Assembly (NCBI GenBank): GCA_951406725.2
Contig: OX597836.1
Span: 46,996,001 to 47,060,000, forward strand
DNA length: 64,000 bases
From: Octopus vulgaris
Lineage: Eukaryota
Direction of reading: 5' to 3'
Positions within the stretch are counted from its first letter, which is position 1; each line of letters begins with the position of its first letter. The notes under the pieces were generated by a model. That model made no database searches and was not told where the DNA came from. It was given only the letters and a program-made list of their open reading frames with translations. This document shows, in pieces, positions 27,040 to 39,315 of this stretch. The position numbers and the translations under genes were made by a program.

Positions 27040-29950
27040 CACAAAGATTGACATCTGTTTTATTATTACCCACTAGGAGCGAACATAGAGGGGACAATAC
27101 AATCTGATGTGGGGTCAGATACACGAATGGGATTACAAAAAGATGAATTTAAAAATTTACAAAAATTATAAAAATATGAAGAAATCGAATGAAGAACAGA
27201 CCGGAAGACATTACGGATGGAGTGGGAGCGGGTTTAGCTCGGACCCCACGAGCCCCGCCTCCCCACTGATACTTTGGTTTCGTCTGGTATTACATTTATG
27301 TGGTATCATCCACTCGCAACTTTCGTGCTCCATCCTTCCATCGTTCTTCATACACTCTCTTAGTCAGGCATTTTCTCTCTAGCCCTATCTTCCTTTTTAG
27401 GTGAAAGATGAAGTAATTCATCAATCCAGGGCCGGAGATGAACTTACCTGACCGTATACCATTCATCCTAGTCTTCCAAATCACCTCTTTCGCAATTGCT
27501 ACTACAACGAGAAAACAATTCTTACCTTCTTTCGCGAGGAAATCTAGTGGGTCAATTTTTATAATAGACTCAGTCGACAGCTGTACTCTTCGTGTGCTTG
27601 ACAACAGCTGTTCGGCATAAACCCACACCCCTGACACGACCGAACAATGAACAATAGCGTGCGGGACGGTTTCCCTATCCCGCTCGCATCTTGGACATAT
27701 CGGACTGCCCCGGCCACCGTGCCTTGCGAGTTTATCCCGAACAGGTAGAGCTCCTCTGTAACACTGCCATGCCAGAGACTTCTGGTAGTTGTCCAGGGTC
27801 TTCGGCCCGAATGTACGTTGGAACAGACTGGCCAGCTGGTTATCGTCGAGACCTAGGGCTTCCCCTAAGGTATCTTCACATTCCGCCTCTACCAACCCTC
27901 TATAGAAGAATGTGGTGGAACCTCCACCGCAGGCGTTGCCCGAGCGACGGAATAGCAGGAGAGCCTTGCGACACTCCGTGTACCATGTGCCCAGTTTCGA
28001 TCTACGATTCAGCCAGGTTTCCCGTCCGCCGAAACTAGTGAACTTGGGAAACATCAGTTTTGCTAGCGGAGACCACACCCGTTCACCATCCAGGTAGAGC
28101 CACAGATGTCTTAACTTCAGCGCATGTCTGCGCATCATCAGCCAAGGCATCCCTAGTCCACCCTTTAACGGTTGTTGACAGCAAGTAGAGCGTTTCACAA
28201 GTAGTTTCCCGCCCTTCCACAAGTAGAAGAGCTGTCTTTCCAACTTGATCAACCACGAATCAGGGCAAGGAACGACGGATAGGCGGTAGGTGATAACCGA
28301 TGCGATAAACACATTGGCTACCTCCGCCCTTCCTTTCAGGGATAGCTACCGCCAAGACCAGGTCTTGACCTGATATCATTAAGGAAACGACCTTGCTTCC
28401 AGCTTGATCCCAGGCCGCGCATATTTAAACAACCAACATAAATGTAATTCATGGCTTACCTTATATCAGTGGTTCGACTTCACTTTTTCCTTCACTTTTT
28501 TTTTCTTTTTCCTGGGCTCGTGGGGGAGTCTGACGCAGGCCCTCGTATATATATGGTGAAGATATGTCCATTCTCAGAGGGCCCACGTCATGATAAAATT
28601 CGGACTTCATCCGTCCGTACTCCTTCCGGCCTATTCTGTACAAAATAAAATCTTTTGTTTTTTTGATTTTCTCTACTTTTGCCATAGCTGCCAAAACGTT
28701 GGTTAGTCTATTATTAGAAGCCTTAATGGCCATAAATGAGTTCGTTGTTTCCTTTCTTTTTTTTGGCTCACTTTCAGAGGGGTGGTTTCTTTTTTTCGTT
28801 TTTTCTTTACGATTTTCTCCCACCCCTCCTCATTTTCTTTTTCCTCGCAGCTTGTTGTTGCTTCTGTTGTTGATTCTGTTGTATCTGCTGCCTCTTTTCT
28901 TTCTGCTGTTTTTCCTGAGTCGTCTGGTGTTGTCTCTGGTGAAGCTTCTTGCTTTTTCTTTTCTGCTTGAGCTGCTTCCTGCGGTTTAGGTTGGCACTCT
29001 GCCCTCACGTGCCCCTTTTTACCGCAGCCGAAGCACCTCGGCTTTCTGCCTTCTACGAAGACCATCACTCTCTCCTCCTCGCTGATCTTCAGCGTCTCTG
29101 GTATTTCCTCTAGGGTTTGTACCTCCGCCTGAATTGACATTGATATGCATTGGCCTTGCCAATGCTCCTCCTCCTCTACTGTAGCCTGGAGGATATTAAT
29201 CTTGTCTTCCAGGCCTAACATCACTGCCGCCACCAGGCATGTGGCGTCTGCTTCTGGGGGAATATTTTTTATTAATATTTTTGAGGTCCTTCTGCCTCTG
29301 TACAGGGGAAGAAGGACAATGTTCTCTGCTTTCAACGGTTCAGTTGATAGCTTCTTAGCTATCTCTTCCGTCCTGAACCTTACCTCTACTGTACCAAATT
29401 TTTTACCGCGATTTAAGTAGATGATATCTTGCCATACTGACTTCAAGCAGTTTTCTTTTTTTTTTTTTTCTTCTATTTTTTTGGATGGTTCTACTTGTGG
29501 TGTTGAACGTTTTATATATAATTCTTTGTTTTTCCACTTCCTCAATTTTTTTCCTGTCTGGTGTTCACTTCCGTTCCTTCTTTTTTAAACACTGCTGTGT
29601 ATTTTTCAAGGTTTTCTGTATCGATTTTCCTCTGTTTTTTCTCCGCAACTTCAGCGAACTTCTTTGCTGGGGCTTCTGCTGCTTTAGGTGGCACCGTCGG
29701 TGAACTTTCTTCACCTGACACAGGTGAATCGGAGCCAGAGGTGTCCATCTCCGAGTCTGGCTTTAACAAGCCTTTCAATTGAAAACAAGAAAAAAAGTTC
29801 TGGCCTCGTGTGTGTTTTCACAATAATGTATAACAATAATAATTCCCCCACGGAGGGGGGAACTCTAATACGTAGTCTTCGCGCGAAGGTTAATAACAAA
29901 ATTTGTACAAAAGACAAATTAACACAGCAGTAAACAACCGTAACAGTAAT
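27040..29950 (-). mobile_element. L1-clade (Tx1-like) retrotransposon, internally deleted
   Basis: ORF1 pieces 29778-28461 with a CCHC knuckle (CFGCGKKGHVRAEC); ORF2 start MNYIYVGCLNMRGL at 28452 fused to the post-RT C-terminus (KGGLGMP..CPRC..ETVPHAIVHC) ending at 27296; AATAAA then (TA)n at the 3' end; 5' boundary approximate. Confidence 0.9.
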
Positions 29951-30089
29951 TAATTAAATAAACAAACCGATATTCACCAAGGCTAGCACAATGTTGTTTA
30001 CTTTCCCACCGTGGTATTCATGCTCGGATGGCCCAAAAGATAAAGCAGTAAAAGAATTTTCTTTTAAAGAGAAGGCGGTAAAAAAAAAA

Positions 30090-30500
30090 AATTAAATCAA
30101 ATTAATTCCAATTAAATTAAATTGAATTAAATTGATTTAAAAAGAGCCTCCGTGGTTTCAAATCCTGCAAAACTTAAATACTTTTATTTCTCAATTTATT
30201 TAATTTCTATATACTCAAAAAGAATGGGTTTACTTAACTAAATTAAACTGAATTAAATTGAGTTAAAATTGAATTAAATTGAGCCTTCGAGGTTTCAAAT
30301 CCTGCAACAGCTAAACCAATTATTTTTTACAACTTATTTTTTTCCTAAGACTCAGAAGGAATGGGTGCATTAAATTAAATTAAATTAATTTCAATTAACT
30401 AAACTGAACTAAATTGAGTTACATTGAGCCTCCATGGTTTCCATCCTGCAAAAGCTAAATCCATTACTTACTACAATTTATTTTATTCCTGTAGATTTTC
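30090..30500. repeat. Three diverged ~140-bp tandem units in the PLE 3' region
   Basis: gagcct(c/t)c..ggtttc..atcctgcaa at ~30145, 30281 and 30426, separated by (AATTA)-like runs. Confidence 0.85.
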
Positions 30501-31935
30501 AGGAATGTAGAAGAACATTTATGTATGCAAAAGGGGATCACGTCCGTAAATTTATTCAGAATGTGCGGTCCCTAACACCTAAGGATGGTAAGTGATTCCC
30601 TTATGCATAGCCTACACTTGCTGATATTTCTCTTGAAGTTTGGGGTTTTAGAAATGATGGACCATTCTAGAAAATAATTCTTATTGTTCTTTCTCAAGTT
30701 GTGTATATGCGAAGCAAGTGTAGTTGAGTTATAGTATTTTTCGTTAGCAAAAGAGCTCATGTGTGATCTATATCGCGCCTTGAAATCCATCGTACTACCT
30801 GTATATAATTTGTTTAGCTTATCTACATCCCTGACTACACATTTATATATTACGTTGGTAACCAGACAGGAACCATCCAAAGGACATAATTTGGGTTTCC
30901 TACAGTTACATGTCTTTCCGGGGCCTTTCCTAATTTTTTTCCTATTGTTATCTTTATTTATTTTATATCCAGATCCAGACGGGTTTCCCTCATTCCTTCC
31001 CTCAAAACTACCCTTATTACATGGGTTCGATGAGTCCGGTAAAGGTAGACCGCTTGTAGCTTTGGTATTCGGCTTTACAGGATTATCAAACACATTTCCT
31101 TGGTCATCCTCAAAGGAACTTTTTTTGCCGTTCCACCTAGTAAGCTTGCTTCTATTGATTGAAGCAATGATGGAAGCAAAGTTAGGCATTACAGAATAGG
31201 AGAATTTTATCGTCGACTTGTTGGAGATGCTATAATATTTATGGTCCTTTGGGAAGTTCTCCTTCAGAATCTTAAAAAATAGTTTCGGTAAATTCCTTAC
31301 TCTAAGGGAGAAAGGGGGAGCGAACCAAATAACTTCCCTTATTCTAGGCCGTGAACTTCCTGTTTTGTTTAACTCCTTATCAAGATTTTTAATTTCCTTA
31401 TACCTACACCTACTGCGGTTATCCCTAAACATATTATTATTCCTAAGCATATTATTATTATTCAAAGGCCTCTTATTATTACAGTATTTATTATTGTATT
31501 TATCTGTAGTAATTGCAACTTGCTTAATTGGCAAACCAGCCATCTTGTTTTTGAGTCTAGTATTAAAGATATAGAATATTTTAGACTTGAAACCACTTAA
31601 ACTTAGGGCATTATCATACACCGGTGCATGCTGCTCAAAAATCTCTTCGTTCGCAGATAAATTGGATATTCTAGTTGAAATCGCAGTTATGATACTAGCT
31701 ATTGTGGATTTCGGATGATTAGATGACACATTGATATATGCTATCGATTTATTAGCCTTACGAAAGGGATAATATAGACCGGTATTAAGACACAAGGTAA
31801 CGTCCAAGAAATTTACCACCCTAGAGTTACTGTCGAAGATGATATCAAGATTTAAAAAATCCTTCAAAAAGCTTCTCAGCGACTTCTTTAATCTGTTTAA
31901 TTCGGTCTTAGAGAGGCCCCTGACAGGAAACAATT
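30478..31935 (-). mobile_element. 5'-truncated Penelope-like element (Naiad-type): RT thumb + GIY-YIG endonuclease
   Basis: VNFLDVT..YINVSSNHP..IWFAPPFS..CNCRKPKLCPLDGSC (CxCx5Cx5C)..NVIYKC..YTG..FKARY..CRLC..E; frame continues past a TAG at 30572 to LNK..CIH. Confidence 0.92.
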
Positions 31936-31949
31936 ATTGTATTATTAAT

Positions 31950-31988
<39 letters not shown>

Positions 31989-32018
31989 AGGCTTTCAAAT
32001 TATATTGCTTTTGGAACG

Positions 32019-32092
32019 ATCGTACTGATGAATCTACGGACGAAGAATTACGTAAGTAATTTATTCGATAATTGACGAAACCGGTATACGAT
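32019..32092 (+). ncRNA. Type I hammerhead (GUA site) in TA-flanked cassette 31985-32252
   Basis: atcgta-CTGATGA-..-GAAA-ccg-GTA-tacgat; 6-bp stem I, palindromic stem III accggt. Confidence 0.8.
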
Positions 32093-32250
32093 TAATTCTT
32101 GATTTTTATGTAATTTTCATCTGTCTTGCCCGCCTATGTTCTGGTGTTCGCTGAATTTTCTCTAGAGAACAATCTTTCTTTGTAGTTAGATCGTTTGTGA
32201 TCTTCTAGCATATGGTTATCCACCTAGTGGTTTTTAGCCCTAAAATATAC

Positions 32251-32300
<50 letters not shown>

Positions 32301-32302
<2 letters not shown>

Positions 32303-35300
32303 GGAGTAAACACATAAATGTGAAACAAGGTGGAAAAAAGAGTACTCAAATACCAGTGGTAGAGTAATATGCTTTATTTAAAGCAGCAGAAAATTCAACA
32401 AAATCTGTTACTCTGAGTTTCTCGTTGCCGTTCATCAGACAGTTTTTGCTAGAATGGAACCGATATATCAATTCAATCTAGACTCTTACAAACGCTACAC
32501 CTTTAAAAAGAAATGGACTTGTTTGATTGGCCCTTTAGAAAAAACAGTCAATCTTCGAGCGATAAACAAAAAGGTCAAAAATATATGTATATATATATAA
32601 AAACTTATAAAAATTATAAAATTCGAGGAAAAAACCTTACATTGAATAAAATACATATTGACATTAATGAAGAAAGTATAATTAAAGCTTAGAAATTAAA
32701 CCTATTATAAATATTACACTGCAATACATATTTATGTTAACGTGTACATATATATATCAACATACACAGAAGGATGCGTGCCAACGCCATACATATACAG
32801 ACGTATAAATATAAATCTGAAATATACACATAAATGCATGCGTACATATATTTACGCAATCCGTCTCGCACGCAATTTAAAATCATCTATGTAGCGATTC
32901 TCATATACTGAGTAAGGGAGGGGCGAAAGAAAGGAAGAGAGAGAAAAAGGAACGAAGAAGGGGGAAGGAAAAAAGAAAAAAGAAAAAGGAGGGGTGGGGA
33001 AAAAAACGAAATAAGAAAAAATATGTATACAAACTATGTAACGGCATTATTGACATGTATGGAGACATGTATACAAATACACAAGCTCGAAAGGATACAT
33101 ACACATACAGTCGTGTATATGTGTGCTTAAGCACAAACATACATCCACTTACACATACACAGATACGCATGCTTACAAATACATATCCATGGCTATACAC
33201 ATATATAAAAATTTTAATTTTTGACAACATTGCTTTTTTAAAGAAATGGGTGCAATAATAAAAAATATATACGAAAGATATATAAAAATAAAATATAACA
33301 CCCTATTTTGGATCATCTATAAAAAATCAAGGTAATCCTATACAATACAATAATTTGAAATAAACAAATTCGAAGGTTTTTCCTAATGTATATGTCGAAA
33401 CATAAGACTTTGCTATACGGATTAAAATCTGTATAACGCGGAACAAAATCCATCGTAGCGCTCACAGCTCAAGAGTCAAAATCAAAATTTCAAAAATCAA
33501 AAATACAAAATATATACTCTATCCATATGGTATATTTATATTCGACATTTTAAATTTAGCCGCGTGCCTACATAAATTCATTAGCTCACTTCTTTGATTC
33601 AAAGAATTATTGTCTTTGAATAAAATGTACATTTTTTCTAATAAGCAAAGTTTGCACTTGAAATTATTTTTGTATGCTCCATGCCTGTATAGTGCCGCCC
33701 TGTCCAGAATGCTCCATGTCACGTTGAAAGGTGGGGCTTCCTTTTCTTTTAGTTCCCAGACATATTTTGCTAGGCTGGTCCTCTTCCTATTCTCTGGGTA
33801 TTTAAATGAATTTTTATGAGAATAAAATCTTGTTTTAAATGAATTTCCTGAAGCCCCTGTGTATGTCTTGTATTCCGATGAGCCTTCTACTTGCACCTTG
33901 GCTCTATAAACTACTCCTTTCACTAGACATTTCCCTTCTAACGGACAGGAGCTTTCGTTTTTGAAATTGCATTTCTTAATGGGCTCGGCACCATGCCTAA
34001 TCTCAATTAGCTTCCTATTATGCTGGCTACTGTAAGAGGCGAAGTTTCTGCAACAAGAATAGCTAACCTTCAGGGTTCTTCTATTAAATATCCTATAGAA
34101 TTTATGACCCTGCTTAAAATGCTATGGGACTAATCTCAAAAATTCCTTACCTATATTAGTCCTTACGGCCAAATTGAAAGCCGGGTTGAACCACAAGACT
34201 TTCCTGGTCCTAGTTCTTCGTGCAGCATTATTATCAGCATTAAGCTGGTTGTACTGGATCTTCTCAGAGAATCCACTATTCTTTAATGCGCTATCGTAAT
34301 AAGGTGCAGCATTATGGAATGCTGCCTCGTCCGAAGAAATTGAAGATATTCTTCTACCTACATTGCTGACTAAGTTCCTAAGGATAACTGGTGGATGGTT
34401 CGAATCTTTGCTAATATACGATAGCTTTTCATTGGGCTTACGGAAAGGTTTAAATCTATCCGACCTTACATTAAAATTTACGTCTAAAAAATCTACACTA
34501 TTCAGGTTAGCATCTATCGTAACCCGTAAGCCCATCCTTTGAAAGAAAGCAATGAGGTCCTTCCTAAGTCTATCTGATTCATGGCCGTTTAGATTATGCG
34601 TGGCTATAAGGCCGTCATCCCTATATAAACCTGCATCTATAAATGGGAATTCTATTTTTAGATTATGGAGAATAAAGGCTCCTATGAGCATACATAACTC
34701 AGCCCCGTCGTATGCCCCCATCGGTACATCGAAAAGAGAATCCTCAGTCTTCTTAATCCAGGTGGAATCCTCGAAAAAAGAAGCGATTTCCTCGCATGCA
34801 TAATAATATCAATTTCCGAGCTATCGATGTTGACATACTGCTTGGCGAAGTCCAATGCCCTTAGGAGCAACGTCCTAGATATCGACGGGTAAAAGTCAAT
34901 AATGTCGAATTGTGTGAAACTACAATTATTCTGATAGCTAATACCTTTAAACCACTCTATGACCGACTTACTATTCTTCCAAATTCTCAAGTCTACTTCA
35001 CTATCTAACTTAACTAAAATACGGTCCAAAATATTTTTGCTAATAATTCCTATCTCAGTTTTAGCCGGATTTATCAATCTACATTTGGGGTTTCTACTAA
35101 AATTGGCTTTATGGTCTTTCAGAGTAATAAAAGCTGGTCGTGGTGAAAGATATTCAATCCTATCGCTAATCTTAAGATCGTTAGCTATTCCTCTTGCTTC
35201 TAAGTTCACCTCTTTGTATATATTCGTGTCGTCTTTTTTGTATGTGTCTGTGACACTATTCGAAATCAGGCGTTTATAAACGTCCTTATCAAGTGCATAT

Positions 35301-35402
35301 AAGTTCCTTGTCTTATCAGAATTAACGAAGATCTTATTCGAGTCGTTAATCTCCTTAATTTTTTCTCTCATATTCCTGGAATTTGATTTTCCTAATAAGC
35401 TC
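32301..35402 (-). mobile_element. Penelope-like element (Naiad-type), left arm of a 6-kb palindrome
   Basis: ORF pieces 35440-34682, 34721-34122, 33923-33519: SDKT, FDIIDFYPSI, PMGAYDGAE, GLYRDDGL, SNHPP, GVVY..YTG GIY-YIG, CKLC..E..CRH; ~1.2-kb 3' region with hammerhead and tail. Confidence 0.95.
32400..32446 (-). ncRNA. Minimal type I hammerhead in the PLE 3' end
   Basis: RC: aaaactgt-CUGAUGA-a cg(gcaa)cg a-GAAA-ctcaga-GUA-acagatttt. Confidence 0.8.
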
Positions 35403-38400
35403 GAGCTTATTAGGAAAATCAAATTCCGCAAATATACCAACCAATTACAGAGGAATATGAGAGAAAAAATTAAGGAGATTAACGACTCGAATAAGATCTT
35501 CGTTAATTCTGATAAGACAAGGAACTTATATGCACTTGATAAGGACGTTTATAAACGCCTGATTTCGAATAGTGTCACAGACACATACAAAAAAGACGAC
35601 ACGAATATATACAAAGAGGTGAACTTAGAAGCAAGAGGAATAGCTAACGATCTTAAGATTAGCGATAGGATTGAATATCTTTCACCACGACCAGCTTTTA
35701 TTACTCTGAAAGACCATAAAGCCAATTTTAGTAGAAACCCCAAATGTAGATTGATAAATCCGGCTAAAACTGAGATAGGAATTATTAGCAAAAATATTTT
35801 GGACCGTATTTTAGTTAAGTTAGATAGTGAAGTAGACTTGAGAATTTGGAAGAATAGTAAGTCGGTCATAGAGTGGTTTAAAGGTATTAGCTATAAGAAT
35901 AATTGTAGTTTCACACAATTCGACATTATTGACTTTTACCCGTCAATATCTAGGACGTTGCTCCTAAGGGCATTGGACTTCGCCAAGCAGTATGTCAACA
36001 TCGATAGCTCGGAAATTGATATTATTATGCATGCGAGGAAATCGCTTCTTTTTTCGAGGATTCCACCTGGATTAAGAAGACTGAGGATTCTCTTTTCGAT
36101 GTACCGATGGGGGCATACGACGGGGCTGAGTTATGTATGCTCATAGGAGCCTTTATTCTCCATAATCTAAAAATAGAATTCCCATTTATAGATGCAGGTT
36201 TATATAGGGATGACGGCCTTATAGCCACGCATAATCTAAACGGCCATGAATCAGATAGACTTAGGAAGGACCTCATTGCTTTCTTTCAAAGGATGGGCTT
36301 ACGGGTTACGATAGATGCTAACCTGAATAGTGTAGATTTTTTAGACGTAAATTTTAATGTAAGGTCGGATAGATTTAAACCTTTCCGTAAGCCCAATGAA
36401 AAGCTATCGTATATTAGCAAAGATTCGAACCATCCACCAGTTATCCTTAGGAACTTAGTCAGCAATGTAGGTAGAAGAATATCTTCAATTTCTTCGGACG
36501 AGGCAGCATTCCATAATGCTGCACCTTATTACGATAGCGCATTAAAGAATAGTGGATTCTCTGAGAAGATCCAGTACAACCAGCTTAATGCTGATAATAA
36601 TGCTGCACGAAGAACTAGGACCAGGAAAGTCTTGTGGTTCAACCCGGCTTTCAATTTGGCCGTAAGGACTAATATAGGTAAGGAATTTTTGAGATTAGTC
36701 CCTAAGCATTTTAAGCAGGGTCATAAATTCTATAGGATATTTAATAGAAGAACCCTGAAGGTTAGCTATTTTGTTGCAGAAACTTCGCCTCTTACAGTAG
36801 CCAGCATAATAGGAAGCTAATTGAGATTAGGCATGGTGCCGAGCCCATTAAGAAATGCAATTTCAAAAACAAAAGCTCCTGTCCGTTAGAAGGGAAATGT
36901 CTAGTGAAAGGAGTAGTTTATAGAGCCAAGGTGCAAGTAGAAGGCTCATCGGAATACAAGACATACACAGGGGCTTCAGAAAATTCATTTAAAACAAGAT
37001 TTTATTCTCATAAAAATTCATTTAAATACCCAGAGAATAGGAAGAGGACCAGCCTAGCAAAATATGTCTGGGAACTAAAAGAAAAGGAAGCCCCACCTTT
37101 CAACGTGACATGGAGCATTCTGGACAGGGCGGCACCATACAGGCATGGAGCATACAAAAATAATTTCAAGTGCAAACTTTGCTTATTAGAAAAAATGTAC
37201 ATTTTATTCAAAGACAATAATTCTTTGAATCAAAGAAGTGAGCTAATGAACTTATGTAGGCACGCGGCTAAATTTAAAATGTCGAATATAAATATACCAT
37301 ATGGATAGAGTATATATTTTGTATTTTTGATTTTTGAAATTTTGATTTTGACTCTTGAGCTGTGAGCGCTACGATGGATTTTGTTCCGCGTTATACAGAT
37401 TTTAATCCGTATAGCAAAGTCTTATGTTTCGACATATACATTAGGAAAAACCTTCGAATTTGTTTATTTCAAATTATTGTATTGTATAGGATTACCTTGA
37501 TTTTTTATAGATGATCCAAAATAGGGTGTTATATTTTATTTTTATATATCTTTCGTATATATTTTTTATTATTGCACCCATTTCTTTAAAAAAGCAATGT
37601 TGTCAAAAATTAAAATTTTTATATATGTGTATAGCCATGGATATGTATTTGTAAGCATGCGTATCTGTGTATGTGTAAGTGGATGTATGTTTGTGCTTAA
37701 GCACACATATACACGACTGTATGTGTATGTATCCATTTGAGCTTGTGTATTTGTATACATGTCTCCATACATGTCAATAATGCCGTTACATAGTTTGTAT
37801 ACATATTTTTTCTTATTTCGTTTTTTTCCCCACCCCTCCTTTTTCTTTTTCTTTTTTCCTTCCCCTTCTTCGTTCCTTTTTCTCTCTCTTCCTTTCTTTC
37901 GCCCCTCCCTTACTCAGTATATGAGAATCGCTACATAGATGATTTTAAATTGCGTGCGAGACGGATTGCGTAAATATATGTACGCATGCATTTATGTGTA
38001 TATTTCAGATTTATATTTATACGTCTGTATATGTATGGCGTTGGCACGCATCCTTCTGTGTATGTTGATATATATATGTACACGTTAACATAAATATGTA
38101 TTGCAGTGTAATATTTATAATAGGTTTAATTTCTAAGCTTTAATTATACTTTCTTCATTAATGTCAATATGTATTTTATTCAATGTAAGGTTTTTTTCCT
38201 CGAATTTTATAATTTTTATAAGTTTTTATATATATATACATATATTTTTGACCTTTTTGTTTATCGCTCGAAGATTGACCGTTTTTTCTAAAGGGCCAAT
38301 CAAACAAGTCCATTTCTTTTTAAAGGTGTAGCGTTTGTAAGAGTCTAGATTGAATTGATATATCGGTTCCATTCTAGCAAAAACTGTCTGATGAACGGCA

Positions 38401-38453
38401 ACGAGAAACTCAGAGTAACAGATTTTGTTGAATTTTCTGCTGCTTTAAATAAA

Positions 38454-38454
<1 letters not shown>
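35403..38454 (+). mobile_element. Penelope-like element (Naiad-type), right arm of a 6-kb palindrome
   Basis: ORF pieces 35457-36146, 36107-36820, 36904-37308; near-identical reverse complement of the left arm; ends in (TA)n. Confidence 0.95.
38380..38426 (+). ncRNA. Minimal type I hammerhead in the PLE 3' end
   Basis: aaaactgt-CTGATGA-acggcaacga-GAAA-ctcaga-GTA-acagatttt. Confidence 0.8.
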
Positions 38455-38505
<51 letters not shown>

Positions 38506-38507
<2 letters not shown>

Positions 38508-39079
38508 TAGCAGTGTAGTCCGGCGTTGTTCGGGTTTGTTTTTTAGTTGCGCTTCGTTCATTCGTTCTGTCTTATGCTAATGCAATTAGTTTTTCTCATA
38601 GAAAATCGATTGAAATCGCTGAATTGTACTCAACGATGTAGCAGTTGACGACCTTGAAAATTAGTGCATTGATGCAGCGAACATTATTCCTCTGCATTGG
38701 ATCAGCTGATCCGTCGTTCGCTCAAAACCAATGACATCACAAAAATAATTTTTTCGACCCTTTACAATTAGAATTTTTGAAAAGTAAAAATTTTGCATTA
38801 TGTAGCTTGTTATTCTCTTTAAGTGAACATTTCTGGTTGAAATACACCGAAAAATGGCGACACAGCAGTCAAAAAATCGTAAAAATGAGGATTTTGATAG
38901 AAAAAAAGCACCTTTTTAATGTAAATGATTTTTGGTCTTAACATGGTCCGATTTGATTTTTTTCTTCTACGGAATAAAGATCAAGCCTTCTTCTATCATA
39001 CTCTCAACTTGCGCCACATCGTCTCGGATGAGTTAGTTGAAGGCTACCAAACCCGCCACACACACACAGACGACTTCAG

Positions 39080-39090
<11 letters not shown>
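38506..39090 (-). mobile_element. Non-autonomous Helitron-like element
   Basis: RC 3' end aaacccgaacaacgccggactacactgCTAG|t, similar to the end of 47017-47400. Confidence 0.6.
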
Positions 39091-39128
<38 letters not shown>

Positions 39129-39269
39129 TATGAAGTAAAAGTAGCTCTAGCGTAATAAATATTATTAAATACATTCACTAATGTATATGCTTTTTGTATT
39201 TTCCGCTGCTTACATAACCATATAAGTCGTGGGCTGGCTAGGTAAGTCGCCCTCCACTTATTAGAGTGC

Positions 39270-39315
39270 GTGATGCTGACAAGCCATAAAAAGGCGAAAC
39301 ATTGATGTCCTTCAC
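39270..39315 (+). ncRNA. Decayed type I hammerhead (G8A, GUC site)
   Basis: gtgatg-CTGACAA-gcc(ataaaaa)ggc-GAAA-cattgat-GTC-cttcac; the core differs from CUGACGA by one CpG-type transition. Confidence 0.7.

Noticed and set aside
30478-37308. Selenocysteine recoding as reported for some Naiad elements
   Set aside because: No in-frame TGA at conserved Cys positions in either family; the interruptions are TAG stops or frameshifts.
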